The notes under the pieces are model-generated. The model ran no database searches and was not told the origin of the DNA. It was given only the letters and a program-made list of their open reading frames with translations. Shown here in pieces: positions 1 through 11,712 of a stretch of DNA of 64,000 bases. Each line of letters starts with the position of its first letter. Within the stretch, counting starts at the first letter, position 1. Location of the stretch: positions 22,816,001 to 22,880,000 of the forward strand of contig OZ281497.1 in the NCBI GenBank assembly GCA_965637545.1, given 5' to 3'. Position numbers and translations under genes: made by a program. Source of the stretch: Phallusia mammillata. Its lineage: Eukaryota.

Positions 1-24
1 AAACACATGAAATATTGTGTTCAG

Positions 25-1448
25 ACAAGAACACGACAGTGAAAATTTGGGACAAAAAACTTAAGATTATACAGCAACTGGATGCTTCGTATATTCAGGT
101 GATAATACAAACTACTTTCAATTTCAATTTGCGGCGTATGTAGCGTTTAACTTTCTTTTAGTGTTTTAAAGTAAAGTCAAATATGTTTCAAGATGATTGT
201 ATAAATACTTTTACATACAAGCATCATTAGCAAACCGTTCAGGTAAAATGTCAAAAAGTTTTAATGCTTTACATGCATGTCACAATGTAAATGATCTTTG
301 TCCTTGTGACAAAACATTGTTCTCTTTGGTCTACTTTAATCTAGTTTCAAATACAGGAACAAGGATCTTCGGAATGTTTCATCGCTGCAAAAAATCCTGC
401 TGCTGGAGAAAAAGAAATCTTCTGGAAGATGATTGTGGAGAAAAAAGCTATGGTTGTCATTGATTTGGAGAATAGCATTGATGTACGATTGTCATTTTTT
501 CAAATCACAATTTCTTTACATAATAAATCATAAAATTGTTTTTAGATTCCAGTGAATACAGCTTTACAATACGAAGATATTTCGGTTTCTGTATGTGATG
601 TAAATGAAAGCAACGTTTACAATCTGACAACTGTTGACGTTTGGTCAACAACCAACGCTTTTGTAAGTTGAAAACTTTAGAACAGCATTGCTTCAGAACA
701 AAGTACAAAGTTTGCTGTGGTCTTGTGTGTGAAAAACAAATCAGTACATAATCTATCAAAAAACAACCCAAAAATGCCTTTCACAACATAGCATTATTTC
801 AAAATTTGCGTAACTGCTCGGATCAACATACCGGCTTTTAGCATTTCAAGACCAGTTTTATAACGTGCATAATGAAACTTAGCTTTAATTGTTTTCAGGC
901 TGATACTCAATTGTTGCTTCTGCAAGTCACGGGATGGAATGAAGTGGAACAGCCCCCGACAGAAATGGATTTCATCAAAATTATCGAGGAAATGCAACGG
1001 CTAAAGGCCAAACAGAATTGCCAATATGTGCTGGTTGTCTGCAGGTAATATATTGTTTGCATTTTACACACAAAACAAGGAGATCTGCTACAACCAATTG
1101 ATATCAAGCCAATTTGCCAACAAAATTCTAAAAATCATGAACATGTTCTCAAGACAAAATAATATTGATATGTTCCCAGCAACGGATCAACAAGAACTGG
1201 AACCTTTATCGCTTTGGTGAACATTTTCGAACGTTTGAAGGCACAAAAGCGGGTGGATGTATTCCGAACTGTGAAAGACCTGAGAGATATGAGACCGAAT
1301 ATGGTCGACAACAAAGTAACGTTTTTCTTTGGGCTAAGGTAGACATCTCTTTAAATAAAGTTTATTTTGACAGGAACTGTACAAATACTGCTACTCGGTC
1401 GTCATGCAATATCTGTCTGATTTCGACATTTATTCAAACTTCCAATGA
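25..1448 (+). CDS. Copy A: last six exons of a receptor tyrosine phosphatase (D2 domain and C-terminus); gene starts upstream of the window
   Basis: Exons 25-98, 357-482, 546-662, 899-1044, 1180-1315 and 1374-1448 have AG/GT ends and consistent phases. They translate to ...[21 protein letters not shown]...FWKMIVEK.../LLQVTGWNE...[75 protein letters not shown], a degenerate D2 PTP signature. The same exons occur in copies D, E and F. Confidence 0.9.
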
Positions 1449-2279
1449 ACTGCAAACAGACAACGGCATTATTAAGAAATCTGAGCGTTTGCTTTTGCTC
1501 GTTAATAGATTTTCTGTCATTTTTGAAACATTTGTTGTTTAATCATGCTGATCTGCAATCTGCTGCTTGTGTGTTGCCCCGTTTTCCGAAAATAATTATA
1601 TGTGTAAGATTTGTTGAAACTTTAATTCCCAGAATTTTTTCTTAAATCATTTCTGCGTTATCACCCAAAAAAGAAAAATTGTGCTGGAAAAATTCTTTAG
1701 CGTTATTTGAAAGAATTTTAGCGTTATTTGAAAGATAGGCCTATACAATAATAAACCCACTAAAATCTATGCTTGTCGTTAGTTGCTAAATTCAAGTTAA
1801 ATATGTCAGATATTTAAACAGGTGTTATTCAGTTTTTAAGTAAAGTAGTAAAAAAGAATCTACAAAACAAGCAGCCGACACAACGACAGTGAAGCATTTT
1901 CTGTTGAGTCGATTTCCATGCAGTAAAACTTGCTGTAAAATGTTGAGGGTCGGACAAACTTTTCGTCACAAGCTCATGATAACCGTTGTGTGTTAACTCG
2001 GTTTTTGAACACTCACAAAACCTTTTCATTCTTTATATTGGGCACATGGGCTTGAAAGTTTACCCCACACAAATACTGGGAGCTGAAAACAAGTTTTTGA
2101 TAGACTTTATATTTGCCAAATACGTTAAGCAAGTTTAGAAAGTATCAGTTTTACAAAACGCAACCTGTACGCACGAAACATGACAAGCACTAAAACCAAC
2201 AAGCCAGTGTCAGTAGCTAGCACTAACACAAGACTGGGATTTTTTGTATAAGTTGCGTGACTACTTTGGACAAAAGTTT

Positions 2280-2850
2280 CTCCGTATTCTGCGATACGCC
2301 GTCGCGGCGAATCACTCACAGCACTTGCCGATATCGCGCTATCTCACCATATTGTGACTTGGGTGTTCTAATTTTTAAAGACTTTTACAAGCTTAAAGTG
2401 GCCAAAGTATTACACGACTGTCATTCTTGTACACTGCCTTTCACATACAACTCACTTTTCACGCCTATTGAGTCAGTACAGTATTACAACACCCAAAGTG
2501 CTGAAAACCAGAATTACTTTCACCAACACCACGTCTATCAAAAGATCAATTTGCCATCGAGGTCCAAAAGTATGGAAAGAATTACCACACGACATAAAGT
2601 CTCGACCACGTTCGTCCTCTTGCAAAACAAAAAGTATTGCTTGCATTTATTGAGGCAATATGACCACTCAATAACTAAAAAACCTCTGTGCCATCGCTCA
2701 TACCAGAATGCATATAATACAGCTTGTTCTTCTATACCAAAAATTACACTAGTTTTAGCTACCTTTTTCTGTTTTTATGTATGTTTTAGTTTTATCTTAG
2801 CGTTCTTTCACCTTTATTCTTTTTACTCGTTTGTATTATAACAATGAACT
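2280..2850 (+). mobile_element. 3' fragment of a non-LTR retrotransposon (L2/CR1-group ORF2 C-terminus plus 3'UTR), frameshifted
   Basis: Two frames give ...ISPYCDLGVLIFKDFYKLKVAKVLH...TLP...LFTPIESVQYYNTQSAENQNYF and RSICHRGPKVWKELPHDIK. This matches the typical post-RT C-terminus of L2/CR1-clade ORF2 (recognised from memory of the family, not searched). Confidence 0.65.
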
Positions 2851-3570
2851 AGATCTCGCCGTCGATTCTACAAACCCTGGGGAATAGATGCTCGATGGCA
2901 ACATTTTCATCGTGCTAAAGGATGTCCTCGTGGACCCAGGCCTGTTTACAGGATCACAGGAAACGTTCCGAGGAACAGCGCTGGTGTTTCCTGTTAAGGC
3001 GGGTTTCATTGGGCCAACAAAACTCGCGAGTTCAACTACCGTCTTATGCAACAGGACGTACCCCGCCAGGATCGTGCGGTCGGTTGCGATTCTACGGTAC
3101 GACATACCCAGAAAACCAAATTTAACCAACACTTGAATCGATAATGTATGGATTCTTTCGGTGTCCTTGCCTTTTCCGTTTCTGTTCAACAAAAAAAGGG
3201 ATTGTTATGATAAAGTGCCTATGCAAAAAAATCACTTGACTTGACAGTGCTTTATGACTTCAATAAAGGTGAAGGTGCCAATGTTCGCAGTAAAACATAA
3301 AAACGCTTTAACGAGTTGGTAAACACCCAAGTGTCAGACGATTCTTAAGAAACACAAGGACTTTCATTTCTTCTGTCAGTGCGAATTGAGCAATGCTTTT
3401 CAGTGTTTCAAGTTCAGAAGCAAGGGAGCGTTTAAGCTTTTTTAATTAGTATTTATTTGGAAAATTATAATCACAGAGTGCCTAACAAACAGCTTTATGA
3501 TTGAAGAATAGATTGCTTAATTCAAAACCTAAAAGTCATTTATTGATATTTCGGTCTGTCAATGTTAGTC

Positions 3571-3870
3571 ATGATCTCTGGTCACAAGATTGTGGTGTTG
3601 TTGTTTCTTGTTCACTACTCACTCACTCAACACAACAGTAAGTTACATCGAAACCAACTATATTTTTGAAACAAATACAAAGCAAACTTCTAAATTGTTT
3701 TTTAGGTTGCACACACCCTGCATGCAAGCAGTGAAGGACAATGTGTTGGTATTACTATGGTATTTACAATCTGTTTTGCAGCAAACTCTACCGACAGCAC
3801 TACAGATCAACATGAATACGAAAACTACAAACCAACAAATGAAAACCCTACATACGAAACAATAACATAA
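3571..3870 (+). pseudogene. Relic R: collapsed Tyr-tail receptor (signal exon, 5' part of lectin exon 2, terminal exon)
   Basis: Exon 3571-3637 gives MISGHKIVVLLFLVHYSLTQHN (phase 1). 3706-~3755 is a frameshifted start of lectin exon 2 (MQAVKDNVL). It is joined to the last intron and terminal exon 3782-3870 (NSTDSTTDQHEYENYKPTNENPTYETIT*), homologous to 21880-21967. Confidence 0.75.
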
Positions 3871-5380
3871 CCAGTTTTTTTATCAGTTGTATCCACTAAA
3901 TTTTCTTCAGTATAATTTTCTGTTCAGTTTCTTGAAGCGGTAAATGCTTTCGAAAATATGTAGTGTTCAATAACTATATTCTTGGTTTGTACATAGTGCG
4001 CATTCCATGATAAAATCATAGACAAACAGATAAGAGAAAGGCTGATTGTGTTTTTACTGTTGTTTTAATAAGTGCAGGTTTTTGTAACTGTTTGCATGTC
4101 TTTAACCAAATACTACATTAAAACGTAACTATAACTCATAAAGATTTTAAAATAAAGTTTGATTAATTTGCAATACAAGTGTCTCAAGTTCTGCCTACGT
4201 AGAATTTAATGAGTGTTAAAACACCGAAAACACAGTAATCGGATATTTTAAAACGCTTAAGCGAAAACCTAAAATTTCTGCAAAAAAACACTACTACAAA
4301 ATGTCACCATCAAAGATATTGGAATTTGAGCTTAAAGTTGAGGTTTTGTTTGTCTTCAAAAGACGCCAATCACTCAATATTACAATGAACCTGAAAAGGA
4401 TCATATTGATGTTGCCTCCTTTCGTGTTTTACATTTCATGTGACATCGTTATCTTCATCGTTTTTTTATGATACGCGCCCGAGCCTGAAACCACTTTCAC
4501 TTTTTTTCTGTTATTTTTAACTACTTTGTTAGTTTACACAAGAATTCGCAGATGCTAAGATTTGTGTTTAATCACTTTTATTTTGTTATCAAACAAACGG
4601 CTTTGTCCAATCGATGTTGTCATAAATAAATCCATTTTTATATCTATTGACCACATATCTGGACAACAGACGTATCAACAGTAGAGATGGAGATGGTGTT
4701 TTGGGAAGAGATACACTAAGAGTAGTTGATGAAAGTCAGGTTTTGTTTAACAACTGCACTAAATCAATCACCAGACTCGTAAGATTAAAAATTTAGAGCG
4801 CGAGAAAAGTGGAAGTCAAAGCAACAAGGCATTGTTGATCAGGAATGGCAAACAGTTTATAGGATCAGCTGAGTAACACTATTGAAAAGTGAAAGAGAAT
4901 TTAGGCTGTCTCAGGAATAACCTATTGTTCTAAAAAAAAATAATATTTGTCAGAAGCAATAAGAAAGAGTTTGTTTTGATTTTTGACTCAAATATTGTTT
5001 TGTACCATCTTGTTTAGCAGGAAATATATTAAAGGACAAAAATCAGCAAAAACAGTTGTTACATTTGTATAAAATGCTCTCAACGATGAAGAGAAAAGAT
5101 CTAAATAAAGTTTTGGTTTTCATTTTCATTCAGTATTCGACGGGACAAACAAACAGTAAGTAGCCTACTAGCGTTGTTTTAATAATGTAAAAAGGTCTTA
5201 GCACAAAAGCTGCGTCAAATGTATGTATTTTATGAAACAGCATCAGGCCAAAGAAGATGCGGCAGACAGTGCTAACTGTTTCGACCTAAAAGGTCTAGAT
5301 AAAGCATAGCTTAAAGTATCAGGTAAAGCTGTTATTCCAACGAACTGTTGGATAGCTACACAAGCTAACACGGCCTATAC

Positions 5381-5836
5381 CAGGGCTGTCAAACATGCGG
5401 CCCTTCAAGAGTTTCTGTGCGGCCCGTGAAGTAACTTTTAGAAGTTATGTGTTTTACTCAGACAGGATATACTCTCAGGCCAGTGTTTACATGAATCAAT
5501 CATTCTCTATTAGTGGTATATGGAACGTTTTAATAAGATGATGTAAATAACCCATCTTTAGAACCAGCAATTGCGATAGTTGCGTCATTGTATATCGTTG
5601 TTTTCACCCAAAGCAATAAAGCACAGTTGGTTCTTTCACTCTTCTACTGTATATCTGTTTGTTATTTATTACAATATTTTTTTTAATGTAGTTAATCACA
5701 TTATGGAACATTTTCCTTTTTTATTATGCAATTTTGTTGTTGTCATGTTACACCGTTTAGAATAAGATAGTGCGGGCCACGACTTGCTTAAATGTTTATT
5801 TTTGGCCCTCAAAGTTATTTGAGTTTGACATGCCTA
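5381..5836. mobile_element. hAT-type MITE in intron 1 of copy B
   Basis: Imperfect TIRs CAGGGCTGTCAAAC ... GTTTGACATGCCTA, flanked by a perfect 8-bp TSD GCCTATAC (5373-5380, 5837-5844). Confidence 0.85.
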
Positions 5837-5879
5837 GCCTATACCACGTCACCAGCTCCAATGATGAAACCTTATAGTT

Positions 5880-6416
5880 CAGGGATGGCGAGTCACTGAC
5901 CCGCGGGTCACGACGTGACCCGCCAAGTGAATTTTAGTGACCCACTTATAGTTTTTGAAATTGATACTGATTACTTTAGGTAGGGTTACCAAACTTTCAA
6001 GATTAAAAGCAAAACAACAGTTAGATCAAAGTCCTTTGCCCGACTGCGTATTGTCTTAAAATCCTGATTGTTGAGTCAATTGTGAAGCAACAGATATGTT
6101 TATTGAAACGTAAGTTACAAATTAAAACGAATTGTTGTAACTTTATTGACGCTGATCGGTTCAAAATATTCATGCGAATCGTTGTTTTCACACATGAATT
6201 TGGTAAAATCAAGTGCCTGGAATCGTCTAAGCTCAGATATGACTGCTGCGTGAATTAAACTTAAAACTATCTAGGATTTTAAGACTTGCAGAGAAGACGT
6301 AGCAACAAGCTTCTCACTGATATTGACATGTAATAAAATATGTGACCCACTTTGTTTTTTTTCCGAATTTTGATATCATATATGACCCATTTAACTAAAA
6401 AGGTTTGCCATCCCTG
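5880..6416. mobile_element. hAT-type MITE in intron 1 of copy B
   Basis: TIRs CAGGGATGGC ... GCCATCCCTG; 8-bp TSD TTATAGTT (5872-5879, 6417-6424). Confidence 0.85.
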
Positions 6417-9400
6417 TTATAGTTTGAAACACTGTGCATCTGCAGCTTGATTTTAGGAAAACTGTTCAATCATAAGACATCAATCTCGAGTGATAAAACG
6501 ACACAACACTACAACGTAACCGATGTGTTCGTTTCAGCATAACTGTACAAATCAACTTATTGATGTAGCTTATTCTCGTTGGTTTTCAATGATATAATGT
6601 CGTTTTTTAGATATAGCGTAAAATGAAAATCGGTTGTTGTTATTTCTGTTTCTTGCTACGGTATACAAATCACGGTGAAGTGAAAAGAACATGTTTCTAG
6701 GTTGTGGAAAGACCATGAAGGCAGTGGAGGACAGTGTTTTGATACTATCTGACGATCTTGTGGATGCAGACACTGCACAGGAGAAATGTTCTTTGCTGGG
6801 TGGATGTCTTGCAATAACTGCTGACTCACAGATCAACACTACTCTCACTGAACTCATGACAGATAAATACACGACAGGTTTGTATTGTGAAAAAAATATT
6901 ACTGTTTTTCAAATGCGCTTCAAACTTGTTTTAAGGCGTAACTGATTAAACCAGTCTGGTGACAATTAAATTTAAAATGTGTGAAGCAGCTTTGTTTCAG
7001 ATTTGCAGCGGGTTTATATTTTTTATGACCCCGTCACATATGAAAGATGCAAATACTCAAAGAATTCGACTGAAGTGGATTTCTGGAAAAGTACAAAAAA
7101 TCTGTGGTATTTCGACTTGTATAAACGGTAAAGAACATTAAATGGCGACAAATATACTTAAAAATTTCAAAATTCTTAATAAATAAAAAAATAAAGCACT
7201 AATGTCAAAAACGTTTTAAGCACATCTGAAAACACAATGGTGGGAATTTACTTCTGCAATGCCCCAATTTGGGCAGACCAGGGCAAAGACAAATGGACTG
7301 TAACCATTGGAACAAGCTGTAAATTCAAAATCGATGGAAGTTGGAATGGTTTGTGCTAAACAACTAGTTAATGAAATAACTTACATGAAACAGTGGCACA
7401 ACCATGTTCGCATTGATGTATTTCAGGATGGGAAGTAAGATTTTCATTGTTTTCCAAAACTCACAAACGTCAACAGAAAATATACAACTACAAAAATGAT
7501 GCCATAAATTCGGACAAGTTGCGCAGTGTCAACGAAACATTCGGAAACTTTTCAGAATACAGAGGATCCTTCCTGGCACCAGGTGAGTGTTTGGTTCAAA
7601 GCACAAAAATTTTCTTCAATCGTTTAGATGCACAATCACGTACATTTTCTAGATATTAAAGTTTTAATTGGAGCTCGTTATAACACGTCGTTGAATGGAT
7701 GGTATTGGAGCGACAGATCTCCGGCAAACTTTCCTGTTTCCAACGTTACAACTTGCCAGCAGGGAGCGCTGCATTATGGGATCGGATGGGTGCAGTCAGG
7801 CATAAACTGCGGTGGTGAACCGGCGTACTACGCTTGTCAAGTACAATGTGAGTTATCATACAACAACTTGACTGGTTTCTATGTATTTACTTTTACTGCA
7901 ATCGTGGCTAGTGGTTGTTCATTTAACGTTATAGATTCAAGTTTTGTTTAAGATTAATCATTAAATTTGCTAAGGAAATATATTTTAGTGAAGGTTTTTG
8001 TGGATAAATTCAAATGCAATGCTTCCACTATAAACATAAGTTGGACTGGACTTGATCAATTCATCATCAACAACAATCTCAATGCTGAGGTAGTAGAGTT
8101 AGTTCTACTCATGAAATTTTGTTGTGCTTGACCAATTTTATATTCAGGTTGAAATTCATGTTTTGGAAGTAAACCGAAAAATTACATCACCCTATGCAAA
8201 TCTATCGACAACCATTGGAAACCTAAGATTAGCAACTAATTATAACATTGCTGTAAGTACTTATTATCTGTGTAAATATCATGTCTAAAGGCATGTATTA
8301 CCTCAAAGTAAAGTCCCGGTAATAAATAAAATCAAATGTACCACCTATTTGAAAACATCATTCACTTGCATGTTTACAGATCACTGCAATGCTTACAGGA
8401 TGCCTTAACACTAACGTCTCAACAACCATTCCAATAAAAACTTACGGAAATCCCTCCTCGAGTTGCTATCCCCCAGGTAAGCAAACGTGTTGTGTGGTAT
8501 AATAAATGTCAATCCATAATAAGGAAATATTTACTATGTCCAAACCCTTAACAAAGATATTTGTAGTAAACACGACTGCAAAGATATTTCCTTGCAACGC
8601 TTCAACTGTGCTTGTCTGTTGGACTGGACTTGAGCAATTCATCGACAACAACAATCTTATTGCACAGGTGCTGATAATTGTCGTGTTGTTGTTGTTTTTA
8701 CTTGAGTGTTCGGACATTGAAAACAATTCTGTTTACAAAAAATCTAATCCATAATAAATTGCCAATACACACAGGTTGAAATTTATGTCCTTGAACTTAA
8801 TCAAACAACGTGTGTTCCTTATTCTAATAAATCCACAGAAATAGGAAATCTCATTCATTCTACTTCGTATGAATTTCAAGTAAGCATGTTTTTCTTTTAG
8901 CAATAAGCCAGAAAAAGAAAATTAAAAATAATAAACGAATTATATTTTATGTTCCAGATCACAGTCATTGTCACTGGTTCAATCAACACAAACATCACAT
9001 CCAATCTGACAGTAACAACTCCGGGTAATCCCCCTCCAAGTTGTTTTCCTGGAGATAACACGACCGATTCTACAACCAGTGCTGGAATGATTGCTGGTCT
9101 GGTGATCGGGCTGTTGGTTCTGGTTCTGGCCATTGTTGGGCTGATGGTCGTGTGTATACGTCAAAGACACAGGTTTGCTTTAATTGATTCAAAAATTACA
9201 ATTTACGCGGAAGGAAAATCAGTTCAGCGTTTCGCAACTAGCTTGGATAATAAACACAACACTATGTTAATGCGCTATAAACTTACACATTCTCTAGGAA
9301 AATGAGAATGATGAAAATAAATTGTACGCATAGTTCATGATCAGATGCAAGTTTTGAATCGGTAAAGTTCTGCATGTGACAGAATATTTTATCACAAATA

Positions 9401-10759
9401 AAGCTCAGCAATCCAATAAACACATTTCTCAAACACATCTTGGCAATTTGTATCATTGTGATAAATGATGTTTTTGTTATTTTCTACAGAGCAACACACA
9501 CTAAACCATCTGTTAATTCAATGGCAACTGTGCGTTCCCCACAACAAAGTACAAACGGTATGAAAGTAAACAATAACATTACCAAGTTTTAAAAGTTGTT
9601 TCTTCTTTTTCAGGGCCTTCTACCTCTGGAAATGTCGATCAACATGAATATGAAAATTTCAGGAATGAATATGAAAACGTGAATATAAACGCAACAAATA
9701 AAGACGCTGCTTACGAGGAAATAAAATAAATATTTAAAATTTGAATCCTTGTTTTCGGCATTTAATATTATGCTGGTTTATGTTGTTAGTTATTTGTAGT
9801 GCTCTTACGATTGTCTCGATGCTTGTATATAAACGATATTACATTTTAACCAGTGGTTCCCAACTTTTAGTAGTTATACAGACCTTTCATAAAATTGACA
9901 AAAAACTATTTAGTTTAATGATGACGAAGGTAGAACTAACAGCAGCCTCGTGATAACCTCCCATTTCAGGGTTTTTTTCTGCAACAATAAGTCACCATCG
10001 TATCAGCAAGTTGAGGTGCTTTCACACACTTTACTAAGACGGAAATAAAATACAATTCTTAACAAGAAAATGTTAACAAACTGAATTAACAGCAGATTGC
10101 AGGGAGATGAATCAACCAGATTGATCAAAAAGTCGTGCAAACAAATATTTAGCCAATTCGGTTTGTATTTGTGGACAGAACTCGTGTATGGAGAAAAGAT
10201 AGTTTTGTACCAAAATTCATTTCTTGTCTCAGGAAGGATATGTGTGACACTTTACAATCATGAATGAACTAGTTCGTTTATTGTTACACATTTCTGAAAT
10301 GCTTGTAGTAGTTACATTTTGTTACCATAAGATATGATTGAATGTTTTGGTTTCAATCTTACTAGACTTGAATATGTGCTGTTGCAGCTTTATAATACCT
10401 CTTGCATATTATGTAAGAGTTCGAGTCACATATGGAACCTCTTGATTCAGTATTCACTTTGACGCTTTTACACGCCTACGTACTGTAAGTGTGACGAAAT
10501 AGTTGCTTTGTATAACTGCCCCAGGTCACATTCTATTCACGAAGGCATGTGATTCAATATTATCAGGATGTTTTCCATGAAGTGAATCATTTCTATCACA
10601 CACAAGAAAATGAATTGAAGACAATTAGTCTTTGAGTAGGTTGGTGTTTTGCAAGTGCGAAGTTAGTTAGGCAAGAATGAATACAAGGTCGTGCCCCCAG
10701 TTTATGCAGAGTTTACCAAGACGCATGATCTTAAACAAATATAATTTATTAATGATGAA

Positions 10760-11428
10760 TGTAACGTCAGGAATTTGCGCGCCTGGTACCGCGCTGGCGT
10801 CACACTAGATAAGTCCAATTTCTGGAAACGCGTGAATTTATTTTACACGTCAACACGGTTCAATACGACACGGTAATCACGTCACGTTCACGGTAGACAC
10901 GTCACGTTCAAGATAATCACGGTTTTCTGCAAAGAGAACATTCGCTCAAAAATGGGAAACAGGAGTTAATTTTAAGCCTGCAGAAATAAAGCTTACCAGA
11001 GTTTTGGACCAGGGTATCAAAGACAAACACAGTTTGATATCGTCAGAAAGCGTTCTACACAGATGAAAAACGATAATTCAAATGTACGGCCAAACGGGGA
11101 ACTGAAATACAAATCAAGCTTACCTTGCAAAGGCAACATTATTCCTTTTCGTCAGAGTTTTTAAGTTTATAAAGCATTACCGTCTATTAATGACAAACAA
11201 ATTATAATTAGTCACTTTCATTACTTTATCTAACGTTTGCAAATTAAAGTCAGCAACTAATGAACTACACGTGGTCCAAACTAAACTCAATACTAAATGG
11301 CCAAAGGCACAGCATAGAGAAATAAACTACAATGATATTGTTACGTCATAGGGGATTCTGGCATTGTGGTGCAATCACACCATATAAGATGTGACGTAGG
11401 TTACGGTTGAGTGATTTACGATGTTACA
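10760..11428 (-). repeat. 3' LTR of the BEL/Pao element
   Basis: TGTAACGTCAGG...GATGTTACA, a direct repeat of 17856-18524. It is immediately followed on + by TTCTCCCCCCTA (PPT TAGGGGGGAGAA on the - strand, 11429-11440). Confidence 0.97.
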
Positions 11429-11712
11429 TTCTCCCCCCTAAATGTGTGCTTACACTTCAAACACATTTACAAACAAACCAAGAAAACATCGAATCATGAA
11501 ACAACGAAAACACACACGAAAGCTAAACAGTCGTGTCGCGAAACACCGTTGGTGAGCAAAGCTCCAACATGGCGTATTTCAGAGTGCGGCATGTGTAATG
11601 CAGCAAACAGCATAGCGTCCATGATATCTCTTCTTCCATCAGCACCAGGATCTTGTGCACCGCAATTCAGGGTCAGTTCGACGACTGCGTGGCCTGAATG
11701 CGTCGGATGCAC

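Larger units (their letters stand above)
5086..9729 (+). pseudogene. Copy B: lectin-like / 2xFN3 / TM / tyrosine-motif-tail receptor without PTP domains; one in-frame TAA in exon 4
   Basis: Exons: 5086-5155 (an in-frame upstream ATG lies at 5074), 6701-6877, 7001-7127, 7221-~7366, 7427-7582, 7653-7847, 7989-8089, 8148-8252, 8380-8476, 8567-8667, 8775-8879, 8958-9172 ([27 protein letters not shown]), 9490-9557, 9614-9729 (GPSTSGNVDQHEYENFRNEYENVNINATNKDAAYEEIK*). TAA at 7357-7359 sits where copy F has CAC. Confidence 0.8.
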
